From Thermoplasmata archaeon (lineage in GTDB: Archaea; Thermoplasmatota; Thermoplasmata; Halarchaeoplasmatales; Halarchaeoplasmataceae), in NCBI GenBank assembly GCA_046498385.1, contig JAWOAU010000024.1, positions 99 through 64,098 on the forward strand: DNA of 64,000 nucleotides, read 5' to 3'. Of this stretch, positions 1 to 9,400 are shown piece after piece. A program made the position numbers and the translations under genes. Under the pieces are notes generated by a model, which worked only from the letters and a program-made list of their open reading frames with translations, was not told the origin of the DNA and searched no databases. Each line of letters begins with the position of its first letter. The first letter of the stretch is position 1.

Positions 1-830
1 ATGTTCCTTGAAACAGTGGTCGGTACTTACGACGTAACAGCCGCCTATAACGGAGTTACGTCCACCGCAGTTACGGTCACGGTGGTTCCCGGAGCCGCCC
101 ATGAGGTAGAGATATCGCCGGATACGGATCAAACAGTTGAATCAGGAGAATCCATCGAGTTCTCTGCGGCGGCATATGACGAATTCGCTAACCTGATCAC
201 TGACGATGCTGCGGACTTTACATGGAGCGGTGCAGATGCATCGGGTATGTTCCTTGAAACAGTGGTCGGTACTTACGACGTAACAGCCGCCTATGGCGGA
301 GTTACGTCCACCGCAGTTACGGTCACGGTGATTCCCGGAGATGCCCATACCGTAGAGATATCGCCGGACACCGAGCAAACCGTAGAGGCCGGAGAAACAC
401 TGGATTTCTCTGCGGCGGCATATGACGAATTCGGTAACCTGATCACTGACGATGCTGCGGACTTTACATGGAGCGGTGCAGCAAACGGTGTGTTCTACGA
501 AGAGACCGTCGGTACTTACGACGTAACAGCCGCCTATGACGGAGTTACGTCTACCACAGTTACGGTTACGGTAGTTCCCGGAGCCGCCCATGAGGTAGAG
601 ATATCGCCGGATACGGATCAAACAGTTGAATCAGGAGAATCCATCGAATTCTCTGCGGCGGCATATGACGAATTCGCTAACCTGATCACTGACGATGTTG
701 CGGACTTTACTTGGGCCAATGCGGACGCAGGAGTATTTCAGGAAACAGAGGCCGGCACCTATGACGTGACTGCAGCCTATGACGGGGTTACGTCTACCGC
801 AGTGACGGTCACGGTAGAACTGCCTCTGGA
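1..830 (+). repeat. tandem 246-nt coding repeats (~3.4 copies). Copies 1 and 3 share a >120-nt identical block, so the array also has a 492-nt super-period.
   Basis: atgttccttgaaacagtggtcggtacttacgacgtaacagccgcctat occurs at 1 and 247. The block encoding PGAAHEVEISPDTDQTVESGESIEFSAAAYDEFANLITDD recurs at ~88 and ~580. Confidence 0.85.
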
Positions 831-1374
831 TAACCCATACTTTGAAGTCGAGATCACAGACTATGACGAAGAAGTCGAGGAAGGAGAACAAGTACCTGTA
901 GAATACACTGTAACGAACACCGGTGATCTGGAAGGTACTCAAGACATAGTGTTCAGTGTAAACGATATGGAGATCGAAGTGCATACGGATATCATCCTCG
1001 GCGCCGATCAGGAACATACTGGTACGTTTACATGGACTGCGGAAGATGAAGGGGAATACACACTAGAAGTGTCCAGCGACAATGAAAGCAGCTCGGCGAC
1101 CATGACAGTTACCGGTGAGACAGAAGAACCAGATGAGTCAGAAGATTCAGAAGAACCAGGCTTCCTTGAAGATTACTGGTGGATATTAATCCTGTTGATC
1201 ATCATCCTTATGATCGTCGTTGTGCTTGCGATGAGGCATGGAAAAGAAGAGCCGGTAGAAGATATAGAGGACGATTATTCGGATGAAACGGAAGAGGATA
1301 CATTGTCCCCGGACGAGGGGGAGGAGGAAGAGGAGTCCCTTCCGAACCTGAATATAGAAGACATGGATATCTGA
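1..1374 (+). CDS. 5'-partial cell-surface protein with tandem Ig-like (Big_2-like) repeats, a PGF-like motif followed by a TM helix, and a long acidic C-terminal tail
   Basis: ORF is open from the window edge. About four tandem ~82-aa units (GTYDVTAAY.GVTST.VTVTV ... DEF.NLITDD.ADFTW). Near the C-terminus: EEPGFLEDYWWILILLIIILMIVVVLAM hydrophobic helix, then a ~55-aa D/E-rich tail. Confidence 0.7.
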   Translation: MFLETVVGTYDVTAAYNGVTSTAVTVTVVPGAAHEVEISPDTDQTVESGESIEFSAAAYDEFANLITDDAADFTWSGADASGMFLETVVGTYDVTAAYGGVTSTAVTVTVIPGDAHTVEISPDTEQTVEAGETLDFSAAAYDEFGNLITDDAADFTWSGAANGVFYEETVGTYDVTAAYDGVTSTTVTVTVVPGAAHEVEISPDTDQTVESGESIEFSAAAYDEFANLITDDVADFTWANADAGVFQETEAGTYDVTAAYDGVTSTAVTVTVELPLDNPYFEVEITDYDEEVEEGEQVPVEYTVTNTGDLEGTQDIVFSVNDMEIEVHTDIILGADQEHTGTFTWTAEDEGEYTLEVSSDNESSSATMTVTGETEEPDESEDSEEPGFLEDYWWILILLIIILMIVVVLAMRHGKEEPVEDIEDDYSDETEEDTLSPDEGEEEEESLPNLNIEDMDI

Positions 1375-1537
1375 ACCTGTATAGCGGAACCCGCGACTTA
1401 GTTCAAAAAATCATATCATTGACTATAAATCGGAAGCCAAAGGATCGCCGGATGCCGCAAGATAGGATATACTGAGCTTAGGGTAGAAAGTTGTGAGGTC
1501 TATCCTCATCTTTTAAAAAAAGAAGAAAAAAAAGGGT

Positions 1538-1825
1538 TTAGCTGTCCATTGCGCCTATGAACTCTTCTATGGTCATAGCGGGCATGGTAACTGTACGGAT
1601 AGTTCCTCTAGAACTCATCTCGCCTACAACATTGGTGATGCTGTGATGATCCGGTGTTTCCAGGATGGTTATGAAGTCATACTTACCCAGAAGGGCGTAC
1701 TGCTGGAGAACTTTGACTCCTTTCTTCTCCATCTCTTCATTAACTTCTAGAATTCTTTCCGGATTTTTCTTTATAGTTTTTCTTCCTTCATCCGTTAGCT
1801 TGGAAACTACTACATACTTGGCCAT
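1538..1825 (-). CDS. GYD domain protein
   Basis: MAKYVVVSKLTDEGRKTIKKNPERI...GKYDFITILETPDHH...TVTMPAMTIEEF matches the ~95-aa GYD family. Start is taken at the internal ATG (1825) that gives the canonical MAKYV N-terminus. Confidence 0.6.
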   Translation of the reverse strand: MAKYVVVSKLTDEGRKTIKKNPERILEVNEEMEKKGVKVLQQYALLGKYDFITILETPDHHSITNVVGEMSSRGTIRTVTMPAMTIEEFIGAMDS

Positions 1826-1967
1826 CTTAAAACACCTTTCAAAACAGGTATAGCATCTATGCATATATAGATTACTGATAACGGAGTTGAAAATCGGTCG
1901 TCAGTAAGGTTTATAAACAACATACTCAGTGGGTTGGGCAAACTTCCGCATGTCGGAGGAGTCAGAT

Positions 1968-2330
1968 ATGACACTAGATAACAAGACAAACCAAAATATT
2001 GTACGCCTGGTTAAATATCTAAAAGCCAGGTCGAGAAACAAATCAGCACCTATCTGGCGAGATGTGGCGGAAAGGCTTGAAAAACCCTCTAAAAATTGGG
2101 CGGAGGTAAACCTTTCTACCATACAGCGATTCGCCAAAGAAGGAGATACCGTCCTAGTTCCGGGAAAGGTTTTAGGAGCGGGTTACCTGAGCAAAAAAGT
2201 CAACATAGGCTCTTTCAGTATCAGCCAAGGTGCTAGAAAGAAGGTAGAGGATGCCGGTGGATCCTATATGGATATACGGGAGATGGCTAAAAAGAATCCA
2301 AAGGGTTCCGGCATAAGGATAATGGGGTGA
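1968..2330 (+). CDS. rpl18e: 50S ribosomal protein L18e
   Basis: Sequence similarity (NIVRLVKYLKA...PIWRDVAERL...VLVPGKVLGAGYL) and position upstream of L13-S9-RpoN. Start is uncertain: ATG at 1950 or 1968. Confidence 0.8.
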   Translation: MTLDNKTNQNIVRLVKYLKARSRNKSAPIWRDVAERLEKPSKNWAEVNLSTIQRFAKEGDTVLVPGKVLGAGYLSKKVNIGSFSISQGARKKVEDAGGSYMDIREMAKKNPKGSGIRIMG

Positions 2331-2334
2331 CTTC

Positions 2335-2745
2335 ATGAAGGTATATAACGGAGAAGAAAAAATACTGGGACGGCTGGCCACTCAGGTGGCTAAGGACATC
2401 CTCGATGGAGAAGAAGTGAGGCTGGTCAACGCCGAGAAGGTATTCATAGTTGGAAATAAAGGCATGATCTTAAGCAAGTACAGGAAAAACCGGGAGAGGG
2501 GAAAACAAATGCGAGGTCCCTTCTATCCCCGAAGACCGGAGCGTATATTCACGCGTACGGTACGGGGGATGCTGCCGTATCAGAAGCCCCGCGGACGAAG
2601 AGCGTTAAAGAGGTTCAGAGCATACATCGGAGTCCCCTCTGAGTTTCAGGATTCAAAAATAATCGTACCTGATGTTAAGGATGCCGAGGGAAGTAAGGGA
2701 GTCACGTTAGGAGAAGTGTCTTCCTATTTAGGAGCTAAATTCTAG
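2335..2745 (+). CDS. rpl13: 50S ribosomal protein L13 (uL13)
   Basis: EKILGRLATQVAKDIL.GEEVRLVNAEKVFIVGNK...RGMLPYQKPRGRRALKRFRAYIGVP is a typical archaeal L13. Conserved gene order. Confidence 0.9.
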   Translation: MKVYNGEEKILGRLATQVAKDILDGEEVRLVNAEKVFIVGNKGMILSKYRKNRERGKQMRGPFYPRRPERIFTRTVRGMLPYQKPRGRRALKRFRAYIGVPSEFQDSKIIVPDVKDAEGSKGVTLGEVSSYLGAKF

Positions 2746-2756
2746 AGGTCTTTGTT

Positions 2757-3164
2757 ATGACTGATAAAAAGATTGTAACACGTACGGGAAAAAGAAAAAC
2801 CGCCATCGCCAAGGCGACTATAAAGCCGGGAAAAGGTCGGTTCAGGATCAACAGTGTACCCTTGGAGATACAGAAACCTCATATGGCCAGGCTAAAGATA
2901 CAAGAACCTGTTCAATTAGTGGGCGACAGGGTAGACAATGTGGACGTGAATGTCAACGTCACCGGCGGCGGTGTCATGGGTCAAGCTGGTGCCGCTAGGA
3001 CCGCCATCGCACTTTGTTTTGTGGATTATTTCCAGGATCCGGAGCTGGAGGAGTTGTTCAAGGAGTACGACCGCAGTTTACTTGTATCCGATCCCAGGAG
3101 GAGCCTGCCAAAACAGCCGATGGGCCGTGGTGCGCGTAAGAAGAGACAGAAATCATACCGGTGA
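2757..3164 (+). CDS. rps9: 30S ribosomal protein S9 (uS9)
   Basis: [23 protein letters not shown]...C-terminal ...[10 protein letters not shown] signature. Confidence 0.9.
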   Translation: MTDKKIVTRTGKRKTAIAKATIKPGKGRFRINSVPLEIQKPHMARLKIQEPVQLVGDRVDNVDVNVNVTGGGVMGQAGAARTAIALCFVDYFQDPELEELFKEYDRSLLVSDPRRSLPKQPMGRGARKKRQKSYR

Positions 3165-3174
3165 TGTGAGACAG

Positions 3175-3363
3175 ATGATAATACCCATAAGATGTTTCAC
3201 CTGTGGAAAAGTGATAGCGAACGTATACGAGGTATACCTGAGCCGGGTAGAGAGAGGTGAAAAACCCGGTGAGGTACTAGATGATCTCGGGATAGAACGA
3301 TACTGCTGTCGACGTGTGATACTAGCTCATAAAGATGCCGTGGACGAGTTGATGCATTACTAA
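3175..3363 (+). CDS. rpoN: DNA-directed RNA polymerase subunit N (Rpb10 family)
   Basis: [21 protein letters not shown]...[16 protein letters not shown], 62 aa with a Zn-binding CxxC...CC motif. This is the last 62 codons of ORF 2950..3363. The upstream part of that ORF is antisense-frame noise overlapping S9. Confidence 0.85.
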   Translation: MIIPIRCFTCGKVIANVYEVYLSRVERGEKPGEVLDDLGIERYCCRRVILAHKDAVDELMHY

Positions 3364-3378
3364 TAAACCATTTCTCAA

Positions 3379-3456
3379 GGGCCCGTGGGGTAGCTTGGTC
3401 CATCCTTCTAGCATGGGGAGCTAGGCACCCGAATTCAAATTTCGGCGGGCCCACCA
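3379..3456 (+). tRNA. tRNA-Pro (anticodon GGG), CCA encoded
   Basis: Acceptor stem GGGCCCG/CGGGCCC. Anticodon arm CTAGC-ATGGGGA-GCTAG (U33, GGG, G37). T-arm CCGAA-TTCAAAT-TTCGG. Followed by ACCA. Confidence 0.8.
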
Positions 3457-3464
3457 TTTTCCTT

Positions 3465-4880
3465 TTATATCCTATTTTTAGGCCGCTCTAGTACCTCATC
3501 ATCGATGACCTTTGTTTTCCACCTTCCCATCCCCAGTACGAGGATGGCTGCGCCTGCGGATAGAACATTACTGAGTGCCATCCCTATCCAAACACCGGTG
3601 GACTGCATACCAAGGTACAGTGCAAATATGAAACTCAACGGTACCCGCAGACCCCATAATCGCAGCAAATCCAGGCCCATCATGTACTTTGTGTGGCCCG
3701 AGCCTTCAAAGACCGCATTGACCGCTCGAAACAGGCCGAAGAAAGGCATGCTCAATGAAAATATTAGAAGGAACTCGGCCCCCATACGCACAACTTCGGG
3801 ATCCTGGTTGAAAATAATGATAAACTCTCGGCTCAAAAGGAACAGTATTATAGTGAATACTCCCATCAAACCTGCGATGGATATCATACCCTTTTTAACC
3901 ACTTCCTGCGCCCTTTTCAACTTTCCGGCCCCGAGGTTCTGGCCTACCATGGTACTCATGGCGATGGCCAGCCCGCCCATGAGTACGAACATCACACCGA
4001 GTATCCTGTCCCCGGCGTTGTAGGCCGCTAGAGCGGCATCGCTGTTGTGCACCCGGGCCACGATAAACATTATTGCCACAAAGCCGAAGGCCGTACCGCT
4101 GTTTCCTATACTTGCCGGGGCCCCGATTTTGAATAGTTTTTTAAGTCTGTAAAAATCTGGCTTAAGATTTTCCAGGCTTAACTTTATCCCCAATTTACCT
4201 TTTAATATCAAATACATGGCGATGGAAGCGGCAAAGGCCCTGGTAATCAATGTGGCAAAGGCGGCTCCGAATATACCCCATTTTGGAAAGGGTCCGACAC
4301 CGTATATAAACAGTGGATCCAGGATTATATTTGCGCCTACGGCTACCACGGTGATCATCATAGGTGTAATCGTATCTCCCCAAGCCCGGAGTGTGAAGGC
4401 GAAGGCCATGAATATGAACATGAATGGCTGGCTCAAGAATATGGTCCTCATGAATACGGTGCCCTTCGCCGCAACTTCCGGGCTATCAACCAGTATGGAG
4501 TTCAGTAAAAGGGGAGATATAAGAAATCCTACTATCGCTACGATGGTTGAAAAAATTATCATGAAGAAAAACAACTGGCCCGCTATCAGCTCGGCGATGC
4601 CGTGCTGCTTGGCACCTGTGTGCTGAGAGATCAGGGCGATCGCGGCGATCCCAAAACCGGTACCTACGGAGACCATCAACCAGACCAGAGGCCAAGATAC
4701 CTGAGTCGCCGCAAGGGCCTCTTTGCCTGCGGTTTCACCCATATTTCCAAGCCAGTATGTATCCGCAAGGTTATAACTGATCTGCAACAAGGACTCTATC
4801 ATTATAGGCCAACCTATGAGAAATAGGGTGGGAACGATATTCCCATTGAGTATGTCAGGTTTTTTCCCTCGGCGGAACAT
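3465..4880 (-). CDS. MATE family multidrug/oligosaccharidyl-lipid efflux transporter
   Basis: 471 aa, ~12 predicted TM helices, similarity to the NorM/DinF family (…GNMGETAGKEALAA…, two 6-TM halves). Confidence 0.75.
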   Translation of the reverse strand: MFRRGKKPDILNGNIVPTLFLIGWPIMIESLLQISYNLADTYWLGNMGETAGKEALAATQVSWPLVWLMVSVGTGFGIAAIALISQHTGAKQHGIAELIAGQLFFFMIIFSTIVAIVGFLISPLLLNSILVDSPEVAAKGTVFMRTIFLSQPFMFIFMAFAFTLRAWGDTITPMMITVVAVGANIILDPLFIYGVGPFPKWGIFGAAFATLITRAFAASIAMYLILKGKLGIKLSLENLKPDFYRLKKLFKIGAPASIGNSGTAFGFVAIMFIVARVHNSDAALAAYNAGDRILGVMFVLMGGLAIAMSTMVGQNLGAGKLKRAQEVVKKGMISIAGLMGVFTIILFLLSREFIIIFNQDPEVVRMGAEFLLIFSLSMPFFGLFRAVNAVFEGSGHTKYMMGLDLLRLWGLRVPLSFIFALYLGMQSTGVWIGMALSNVLSAGAAILVLGMGRWKTKVIDDEVLERPKNRI

Positions 4881-5011
4881 CTAAGGGTCAAACATACACT
4901 CGTATAAATATGCATAGGCACTGTTAACCAAAAAAATGAAAAATGATAAGGGGGGGTGGGAGGGTGTTATCGTTACAGTATATGTAATGCGGCACTGGTA
5001 TATAAATCTTT

Positions 5012-5269
5012 TCATGCGTACATCATACTATCAGGCACATCCCGTTCTTTCTTTTTCTTACTTTTTCGCTTGATGGACTTTTGTTGAGACGGGTTGGTGC
5101 CGTGAAAGGAAATGTCCCTGCGAAGAAGGCGCAGGTAAACTGTATCTCCTTTACCTTCCATCTGTATTATACCTCTGGAAACCAGTCCTTTGCAAATCCT
5201 TTTCATCTTTGATTCCGATACCTTCAGTTCTGCTGCAGCTTCCTTTAGGGTGATGGGGATATCCTTCAA
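5012..5269 (-). CDS. small HTH-containing protein with a Lys-rich C-terminal tail (hypothetical)
   Basis: 85 aa. ITLKEAAAELKVSESKMKRICKGLVSRGII looks like an HTH. Tail is KSIKRKSKKKKER. Same strand, between the upstream small ORFs and the MATE gene. Confidence 0.4.
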   Translation of the reverse strand: MKDIPITLKEAAAELKVSESKMKRICKGLVSRGIIQMEGKGDTVYLRLLRRDISFHGTNPSQQKSIKRKSKKKKERDVPDSMMYA

Positions 5270-5329
5270 AAGTAATTTAAGCAGTCTTTCTTCCAGGGTA
5301 CCGTTTTCTATATATATCGTGATAGACCT

Positions 5330-5617
5330 TCACCCGAAATAGGAAGAACTCCTGCCTTTGCTCTTTTCTTTTTTCTGTTCCATCTGTTCGATTATATCCA
5401 TATAAAGTATCATGTGAGACGGTATGACTCTCAAGGGTTCAGGCTCATCTCCTGAACATTCCAACTCGATCTTCAGCGCCTGGTCCCGTCCCAAATACAT
5501 GTATCCTTTGAAGGTTCCCACGGTCTCCATGGTTTCATCACGTTTACTGAGTGAGATTATTCTGTATTTGGACCCGATCACCAAACGGTCGAATGACGGC
5601 ATCTCCTTTTTTTTCAT
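5330..5617 (-). CDS. hypothetical protein
   Basis: 95-aa ORF, 8 nt downstream of the wHTH gene on the same strand. No recognisable family. Confidence 0.35.
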   Translation of the reverse strand: MKKKEMPSFDRLVIGSKYRIISLSKRDETMETVGTFKGYMYLGRDQALKIELECSGDEPEPLRVIPSHMILYMDIIEQMEQKKEKSKGRSSSYFG

Positions 5618-5624
5618 CTTTTTT

Positions 5625-6071
5625 TCACCCCTTTTTTATCATATCGTCTATTTTAGCTATCGATTCACGGTATCTTTTCAAGGCTGACTCAACGTTAGCT
5701 TCTGTTATATGCCACGCGGTCACAAGATCACCGTGTCTTATGCGGTAACCTTTCTTGATAACCTCTCCATTATCTTCTACGACTATATCCTTGGATTCGA
5801 TTATATCCAAATTCTTTAATTTGTTCAAATGACGGTACACACTCGGCTTTGAGGCCTGGAGTTTATTCGCCATCTCGTCCACCGTCCATACTCTCTCGGT
5901 ATCCCTGAGAAAGCAGTCCGTCCAGAGCCGGAAGGGTATGCTGTTGTAGAGTTCTTCGCCCTCCTTCCGTCCTGACAGATAGCCGATGTCCAAAAGAAAA
6001 TTTTCCAGCACCTCATTAAGTTTGTTGGATGAGATAGGTGTATGGCTTGCGATCTTCATGCTAAAAGGCAT
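5625..6071 (-). CDS. winged-helix transcriptional regulator (ArsR/MarR-like HTH) with a C-terminal coiled-coil
   Basis: VWTVDEMANKLQASKPSVYRHLNKLKNLDIIES is an HTH recognition-helix pattern. Start set at the internal ATG (MPFSMK). The ORF extends to 6149. Confidence 0.5.
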   Translation of the reverse strand: MPFSMKIASHTPISSNKLNEVLENFLLDIGYLSGRKEGEELYNSIPFRLWTDCFLRDTERVWTVDEMANKLQASKPSVYRHLNKLKNLDIIESKDIVVEDNGEVIKKGYRIRHGDLVTAWHITEANVESALKRYRESIAKIDDMIKKG

Positions 6072-6188
6072 GGTATACGGAGTTAATTTACTGTATATAA
6101 TATTTGCGACTCTGGGTTGTTTGTTATCGGTTCCTCCCGGTACCACCAAAACGTAAATAATATAGTAAGGTGTAACAATAGTCAGGCG
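6072..6188. promoter_or_regulatory. divergent promoter region with AT-rich TATA-like boxes for both flanking genes
   Basis: tatataatattt at 6094-6105 lies ~25-35 bp upstream of the minus-strand ATG at 6071. taaataatatag at 6154-6165 lies ~25-35 bp upstream of the plus-strand ATG at 6189. This suggests leaderless transcripts. Confidence 0.3.
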
Positions 6189-6446
6189 ATGTCATCCGAA
6201 ATAACCGTTACGATAAAATTCTTTGCAGCTACCAGGGATGCCGTGGGTAAGTCACGGATAATCAAAGAGGTCCCTAAAGGTACCACTGCAAAAGACATAT
6301 TGAATATGCTTAAAAAGGAATACTCCGCCTTGGACGAGACTTCCAAACAGGTGATAGTAGCGATCAATAAAGAAACCGGCAGAGGCGGTGAATCCCTGGT
6401 GGATGGAGATGAGATAGCGCTGCTCCCACCGGTCAGCGGCGGTTGA
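6189..6446 (+). CDS. MoaD/ThiS-family ubiquitin-like small protein (SAMP-like), C-terminal GG
   Basis: 85 aa, ...VDGDEIALLPPVSGG* carries the C-terminal di-glycine beta-grasp signature. Confidence 0.7.
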   Translation: MSSEITVTIKFFAATRDAVGKSRIIKEVPKGTTAKDILNMLKKEYSALDETSKQVIVAINKETGRGGESLVDGDEIALLPPVSGG

Positions 6447-6462
6447 AAAGAGGTGACTTTCG

Positions 6463-9400
6463 ATGAAATTACCAGTATACACAAGGATATTGACGTTGTT
6501 CGCATTGATATCAATAGTATCATCTCTGTTCTTACCTATGCTATCTACCCATGCCTCAGACACAAACCAGAATCTGGTTGTAGCTGAGGGCGATACACTA
6601 GTTATCCGGGACGAAACCCTTTTGGTCGAGGGTGACATAGACGTCAGAGGCACCCTTATTTTAAACAACGTCGATATGATATTGAATACATCGTCACCCG
6701 GTTCTTACGTTGTTCAAAACGGAGGTGTGTTAGATGTTAAGGATTCATTCATCATCTCATATGAAGATAACACCGAAGGCAGTATCTCCCTGGAACTGGA
6801 GCCCGGATACCATCTTCTGAGCTTCCCCTTTTTAAGGACCGACGATTCAATAAGTTCGGTCCTTTCTCCCATCGAGGGTCATTATGATCGAGTATTGTAC
6901 TACGATGCTTGGAACGAATCCAGCCCATGGAAAAGCTATCAAGTGGATCGACCGGAGCATTTCAATTCCCTGAATGAAATAAACCGGACCATGGGTGTGC
7001 TTGTAAATATCGTCCAGGAAACGGTACTGGAATTCCAGGGACTGCTCCCTCAACATATAGAAATTCCTTTGAATGAAGGGTTGAACATGGTGGGCTACCC
7101 CCTCCATGAACCCATGTCCGTATCGGAGGCCTTCCAAGATATAATCGACGATTTAAAGAAAGTGGAAGAAGATACTCCCCAGGGGTCCAGAGAGCTCGAA
7201 CTACATGATGAATTGATCCCTGGGCACGGGTACAATATCTATATGCATAACAGGGCCTCTTGGACCATAGAAGCACCCTACGAGACAGATCCGGACTATC
7301 CACCTGGATTTGATTTTGAATTCATGGAGGGCAGTATGGTTTCCATAGATAATTCCGAGATATACGGCAGCAGGAATCCGGAAGCCCGTCCCGAATTCGT
7401 AGTCCGTTCAAACCAGGTATCGTTCAAAGAGACCAGTTTCATGGGGGGGAGCGTAAACATCTTTGCCGAATCTTCTTCCCCATCCATAAGGGACTGTAGC
7501 TTTAGATATTACCGCAGCACCGCCGTCCACTCCGAAAATTCCACACCGACCCTAAGAAACAATTTATTCCATTCAGATATGGGATGGGCTGTTCAGGCCC
7601 AGGGAGAGCCGCCTGCGATAGTGAACAATCAATTTAAGGGATATAGAGGAATACGGTTTATATCCCTGGAAGCACCTTTGGTTGGTAACTCCTTTGATCA
7701 TATATCCGATACAGGCATATCTTTGGAAGGTGGATTGTATACCATAGAAGATAATGTGTTCAAGGATACGGCGGTAGGTATAAAAGCGGAGGATTCTGAG
7801 GTCTGCATCCGTCACAATCACTTTTATAGCTCAGGTAACTGTATCCTGTTACAACATACCCATGGTGAAATATCTGATAATGATATGGAGGACTCTATTG
7901 GCTGGACGGTACATATATCCCGGGCCGAAGGCGTGAACTTGGAACGTAACAAGATCTACAACGGCTCCAACGGTATAAGGATATCCGGCGGAGATGTAAA
8001 CATAACACATAACACCATAGAAAACAACACGGGAACAGGGATATTATCCAACTCCGGGGAAAACCTGTTAGTCGATAAAAATCAGATAATAGATAACGGC
8101 GGGAACGGATTGTATCTTGAACAAAGCTCAGGTGCGGTCTTAAATAACGTGATCTCCCGTAACGAAGGGGGGCTATGGACAGATTCACCCCTGTGGATCG
8201 CAAATAATACTTTTTCGGAAAACAAGGTATACGGTGTTTCGGCGATATCCAGCTCACCCTACATCGAAAACAACATATTCAACAACAATTCACTCTACGG
8301 AATAAAATTAGAAGGGTCGTCTTCCATCATATCCTCAACCGGTATCGTCGGAGGTCATTATCACCTACACCTGACCGATTCCCAAATCACCGTTGTTAAT
8401 TCATTCTTGGATGAAGCAAAAATATATATGGACACCGTCAGCAATTTAGATGTTTTATCCGTACTCAATTTGACCATGGAGGAGGATACCCGATACACCG
8501 ATTTTGATTTAAAGGGCCTTCTACCGCCAGGGTCCGAGATATTGGGTGTTACAAACAACGACCCGATAACGGTCGATATACATGACGACGGTGTGGATTT
8601 CTTACCTCCAGAGAATTTTCACGACACCGTGGATATGATGTTCGAGATACGGATCATCGGTAATGTAACCTCGTGGTTTTCATTTACCCTGAAGGTTACG
8701 CCGGTGAACGATCCCCCTGTGATAACGGAAGTCAGCGTGCATGTTACAGACCTTGATGTATACTGGCTTTTGGATTATGAGGACGTTGACGGGAACCGGC
8801 CTACGTACGTAGAGATAGTTATAAATGGGGATAAATATCCTATGGAATCTCTGGATCCGGACTACGACGGATACGCCCAAGGGGTGCTGTTCTTTTTTGA
8901 GAAAACAATGACCCCGGGGACCTATTCCTATTATTACGTTGCCCAAGAATATAACCCCTTGGGGGAAAACATAACCGTAACCTCCGAAGAAAAAGTACTT
9001 GAGGTTGAAGACCATAGTCCCAATGTCCTGGGATTTATAGGTGAGGGGATTCTGTTCATAGTGGTGGTCATCTTATCCATCTTGATCGCACATAAGCTTA
9101 TATCCGCTCATGAGGAGAGTAAAAACGATAAATTGAATATCCATGGGGAGGGGTGGATAGAAGACTTCTCCGAAGAGGACTGTGTTGGCGACTTTGAGAT
9201 GAGAAAGGGTAAAAACGATCAATTCAAAGGCCTGCCCGTTTTAAAGAAAAAAGATAGAAGGGATCTCCCGGTCCTGAAGAAAAGGGAGAAAAGGAAGCGT
9301 AAACTTAGAGCGGTGGTCGAGGAGGGGGAAAATGAAGAGGAGGAAGAGCCCATAATCGATGTTGTTGGAGAAGTGGATACAGATAATATGCGGGAAGAAA

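Noticed and set aside
2950-3174. Upstream 75 codons of ORF 2950..3363
   Set aside because: Overlaps the S9 gene in another frame. Only the last 62 codons match RpoN.
3505-4023. 172-aa plus-strand ORF
   Set aside because: Lies entirely antisense inside the well-supported MATE transporter gene. Low-complexity, Pro/Arg-rich translation with no family features.
6182-6668. Two minus-strand ORFs of 113 and 138 aa
   Set aside because: Overlap the MoaD-like gene and the start of the beta-helix gene in antisense. No features.
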